Shown: in pieces, positions 61,185-64,000 of the stretch | How the letters are laid out: each line of letters begins with the position of its first letter | Numbering within the stretch: the first letter of the stretch is position 1 | Assembly: GCA_039024555.1 (NCBI GenBank) | Contig: JBCCQQ010000023.1 | Location: 16,094-80,093 of the forward strand | DNA: 64,000 nucleotides | From: Cyanobacteria bacterium P01_D01_bin.156 | Lineage (GTDB): Bacteria > Cyanobacteriota > Cyanobacteriia > Phormidesmidales > Phormidesmidaceae | Direction of reading: 5' to 3' | Position numbers and translations under genes: made by a program | The notes under the pieces: generated by a model | The model's input: the letters and a program-made list of their open reading frames with translations, nothing else | What the model was told of the DNA's origin: nothing | Database searches by the model: none

Positions 61185-64000
61185 TTAGCTTTCGAGACGT
61201 TGTTGGATAGCGTTTATTAGTTCTGTAAACCCAGATTCGGTGTGAATATCTGGCGATAGGGTATTCATGTCTTTGAGAGTTTCGGTGAGTTCGGCGATGG
61301 TGGCACGAATGCGGGTGTAGAGGTCGATAGATTCGCGAAAGCCTTGCATATTGGCCGCACTAACGGTTTTCATGGCTTCTTCTAATTCTGCGATTTCCTG
61401 TTCCCAGTGTTGGATGTAGCGGATGCGCTTAATAGGTTTATAGATTTGGGCATCGTCAAGGACAATGGGGAAGATGCGATCGTAAAAGCTGCCGTTAGCG
61501 GCGATTTCTACAAGCTCAAACATGCAATTTTCAGATTTGAGATATTTATCGCTGATGATGACAACTACGGCTTTACCCTGGCCAATTTGTTGCATAAACT
61601 CTTGAATACGACCTTTGAATCCCAGATCTCGTTTGTCACGAACTAGATCAATATTGGCGGTCTGTAGAGCTTTATCTACTTTGTTGGTGATTTCTTCGCT
61701 ATCGCCTCCCCAAGCATAGGAGATAAAAACTTCTTTGGTAACAACTTCTTTTTTAGGTTGATAGAATTGTGTTTGAGTTCTCTCTCTAACAGGGTTATTT
61801 TGCTTTAAAGGCAATCCTTGTTGATTATCGTGCACGATCAATTTATCCGTCCATTCTTCACCGGGCTGTATGGGAGTATCTGAGTCAAGATATAGGATGT
61901 CGTTTAGCAGCCGTCGTACATCTACCATTTCGTAGCTTTCCTGGCACTGAATTTTATATTGCCTATCGCTCAAAAACTTTTGTAGTCGCTGGTAGGGATA
62001 GTCGTACGGTGTTTGACTATCTTTACAGGTTGAACAATTACAGGGTATTAGGGTTTTATAGCGCAGTTGGTCGTAGGAACGATGGATTTTCTCTAGCTCG
62101 TGGGTGATGGCAGAGAGCCAGCGTTTCTGATCGGTGCCGGAAACTCGAATATGAATTTCGCCTTTGGGATAATGTTCAGTAACTTCGGCATGGGCAGTGC
62201 CGTTGGTGAACACAACGCCAGTTTTCCATACTAAAATCTGTTTTTCAATAAACTCGTGCAGCTCAACAATCAGACGAGTGAGAATGCCCTTGGGCATAAA
62301 ATCGTAGCGGTAGCGAAGGATGAGATTAGAGGTGCTGTCCCAGGAAAAATCAGGCTGCTCTGGGGACAGTAACTGCGGGGCAATGAAATGGTTTGAACAG
62401 CCAGGAATTTCGTAGCAGAGCTTAAACCGCATCATTAGCTGCAGTAGTTCATCCCGCATTTCAGCATAGTCGTCTTTTTCCCAGATCGTATTGAGCTGTT
62501 CACGGGTAAAGCGACCAAAATTTTCTCGAATTTCTTGGGTGTCTAGAGCATCGTAAACGGCGGCGGTGCCCCACTCGGGTTTGAGGATGACGTAGCGTTT
62601 GAGGATGGGGTCATCGTGGAAGTGGAGGATGACGCCGAGATCGTGGAGGTAGTTGCTGAGGCTATTTTGTCGGTCTCGGTCGGTGAGCTGGCTGGTGGAA
62701 CACAGGTCTCGGTATTCATCCAGTGTGATGTAGTTTTGGGTGGCGGCATAGTTTTCTAGGGCAGAGCGGACACGGACCCAGACTTTGGGGAGCGGCGTGC
62801 CTACGTGGGGTAGATTGACGATACGCTTTTGGATGGCATCTGTAATAGCTTCCATTCCGCGATTGTTTTCGAAGTTAGTTGCGAATACTTTTTCTAGATT
62901 GGGGAACTCTGCCCGCAGAGCACGTTCGTTAACGTCGCATTGGCGATCTTGTTTTTCATTTTTGATGATAAAAACAGGACTATTGTCACTGAGCAGGGAG
63001 ACAATATTGAGCCAGTAGTAAAAGTCGGTGTTGTCCTGTCGGGTATCGACTACGAGGGCATAGAGAGAGCGTTTAGTTAAGAAAAACTGGTGGGTGGCAT
63101 GGTATATTTCCTGACCGCCAAAGTCCCAGATGTTAGTGCGGAACGACGTTTCGTTTGCTTGAGCGAAATCCCAGCGGATAACATCGATACCCTCGGTGGA
63201 TTTTTCTTCGGAGTCTAGCTTATAGTCGGGGTTAAGCAGTTTTTTTGCCAAGGTGGTTTTGCCCGCACCTCCTTCGCCGACAATAATAAATTTAGACTCG
63301 TAGAGGGGTTCGGTTTCATTAGGGTCGAGGACCTGGAAATAGTAGTTAAGGATATTTTCTACATCGTTTGTATTAGACAGAATCTCAGGTGGGATAGAGA
63401 TTGGATTGCCCTGCAAGTCAAGAGAATTAAGATTACGAAGTGATTTTAGCTCTTCAGGTAAAGACTTTAGCCAATTTTTTTGAATGGTCAGACTTTCTAA
63501 GTTAGTTAGTTGACTAATAGATGACGGAAGAGCTACCAGTTTATTTCCCCCTGAACTGTCATCTCCAAGATTAATCTTCTTGAGATTTTTAAGGTCACAG
63601 AAACTCTCTGGCAAATTAGAGAAGCTGTTGCCACTTAAATCAAGTGTTTGCAGCTGTTCTAGCTGAGATATCTGTTCAGGCAAATTTGTGAGCTTCGCCT
63701 CATATAGCTGTAAGCTTTGTAGTTGCTTAAGCTGAACAATTGGCAATGGGAAATTCTTGAATGAATTTTTACTCAAATCTAATTGTTTTAAATCAGTGAG
63801 CTGTCCAATTTCGGGCGGTAGCAGCGTCAGTTGGTTCGCGCGGAGGTCGAGCTGAGTGAGACTGGTGAGCTGTCCAATTTCAGGCGGTAGCAGCGTCAGT
63901 TGGTTCGCGCGGAGGTAGAGCTGAGTGAGACTGGTGAGCTGTCCAATTTCAGGCGGTAGCAGCGTCAGTTGGTTCTCGCTGAGGTAGAGCTGAGTGAGAC
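61185..64000 (-). CDS. Roco-family protein LRR-Roc-COR-TIR (5' end beyond the window)
   Basis: Frame is open from 64000; LRRs; Roc GEGGAGKT, STEG, WDFGGQEIY..THQFFL; COR 'YLHDLG', 'W..GV'; C-terminal TIR VFISYAW...YLKSENCMFEL. Confidence 0.92.
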   Translation of the reverse strand, partial: LTQLYLSENQLTLLPPEIGQLTSLTQLYLRANQLTLLPPEIGQLTSLTQLDLRANQLTLLPPEIGQLTDLKQLDLSKNSFKNFPLPIVQLKQLQSLQLYEAKLTNLPEQISQLEQLQTLDLSGNSFSNLPESFCDLKNLKKINLGDDSSGGNKLVALPSSISQLTNLESLTIQKNWLKSLPEELKSLRNLNSLDLQGNPISIPPEILSNTNDVENILNYYFQVLDPNETEPLYESKFIIVGEGGAGKTTLAKKLLNPDYKLDSEEKSTEGIDVIRWDFAQANETSFRTNIWDFGGQEIYHATHQFFLTKRSLYALVVDTRQDNTDFYYWLNIVSLLSDNSPVFIIKNEKQDRQCDVNERALRAEFPNLEKVFATNFENNRGMEAITDAIQKRIVNLPHVGTPLPKVWVRVRSALENYAATQNYITLDEYRDLCSTSQLTDRDRQNSLSNYLHDLGVILHFHDDPILKRYVILKPEWGTAAVYDALDTQEIRENFGRFTREQLNTIWEKDDYAEMRDELLQLMMRFKLCYEIPGCSNHFIAPQLLSPEQPDFSWDSTSNLILRYRYDFMPKGILTRLIVELHEFIEKQILVWKTGVVFTNGTAHAEVTEHYPKGEIHIRVSGTDQKRWLSAITHELEKIHRSYDQLRYKTLIPCNCSTCKDSQTPYDYPYQRLQKFLSDRQYKIQCQESYEMVDVRRLLNDILYLDSDTPIQPGEEWTDKLIVHDNQQGLPLKQNNPVRERTQTQFYQPKKEVVTKEVFISYAWGGDSEEITNKVDKALQTANIDLVRDKRDLGFKGRIQEFMQQIGQGKAVVVIISDKYLKSENCMFELVEIAANGSFYDRIFPIVLDDAQIYKPIKRIRYIQHWEQEIAELEEAMKTVSAANMQGFRESIDLYTRIRATIAELTETLKDMNTLSPDIHTESGFTELINAIQQRLES
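63796..64000 (-). repeat. 69-bp tandem repeat (about 3 copies visible) encoding 23-aa LRR units
   Basis: GTGAGCTGTCCAATTTC recurs at 63796, 63865 and 63934; units are nearly identical. Confidence 0.95.

Noticed and set aside
63796..64000. Tandem repeats as a possible CRISPR array
   Set aside because: The units are contiguous 69-bp in-frame coding repeats with no unique spacers, and there are no cas genes.
61185..64000. Diversity-generating retroelement acting on the LRRs
   Set aside because: No reverse transcriptase or separate template repeat in the window, and the differences are not confined to adenines.

Overview
This window looks like ordinary chromosome of a cyanobacterium: it has many HIP1 octamers (GCGATCGC), CcmK and CurT/CAAD genes, a group-2 sigma factor and Uma2 genes. 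A filamentous, possibly marine lineage is an inference only. From left to right it holds: (1) an AT-rich Wza/Wzc-like/Wzx export cluster and the rfbCDAB dTDP-rhamnose operon; (2) core genes, including an FSA-type aldolase, a CrtISO-like oxidoreductase, a probable 6S RNA, nudC, an ECF sigma/RskA pair, priA, sigC, gpgS, peptidase M15, curT, hflX and a ccmK3-like gene; (3) a small nuclease islet of Uma2, an OLD-family ATPase-TOPRIM, Uma2 and an HsdR-N-like gene; (4) a ~680-aa unknown protein with GT-A-like motifs; (5) a PerR / type II peroxiredoxin / DDOR-like redox module with Per boxes; (6) cdsA, DUF genes, an ArsA/Get3 ATPase and ruvB; (7) two paralogous glycosyltransferases, an aldo-keto reductase with an 81-bp internal duplication, and a CDP-sugar/C-methyltransferase operon; (8) an LRR-Roc-COR-TIR (Roco) gene that runs off the window end and has near-identical 69-bp LRR repeats varying at exposed residues. 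I saw no CRISPR array, rRNA, tRNA or intact transposase. All product calls come from motif recognition by eye, without database searches.
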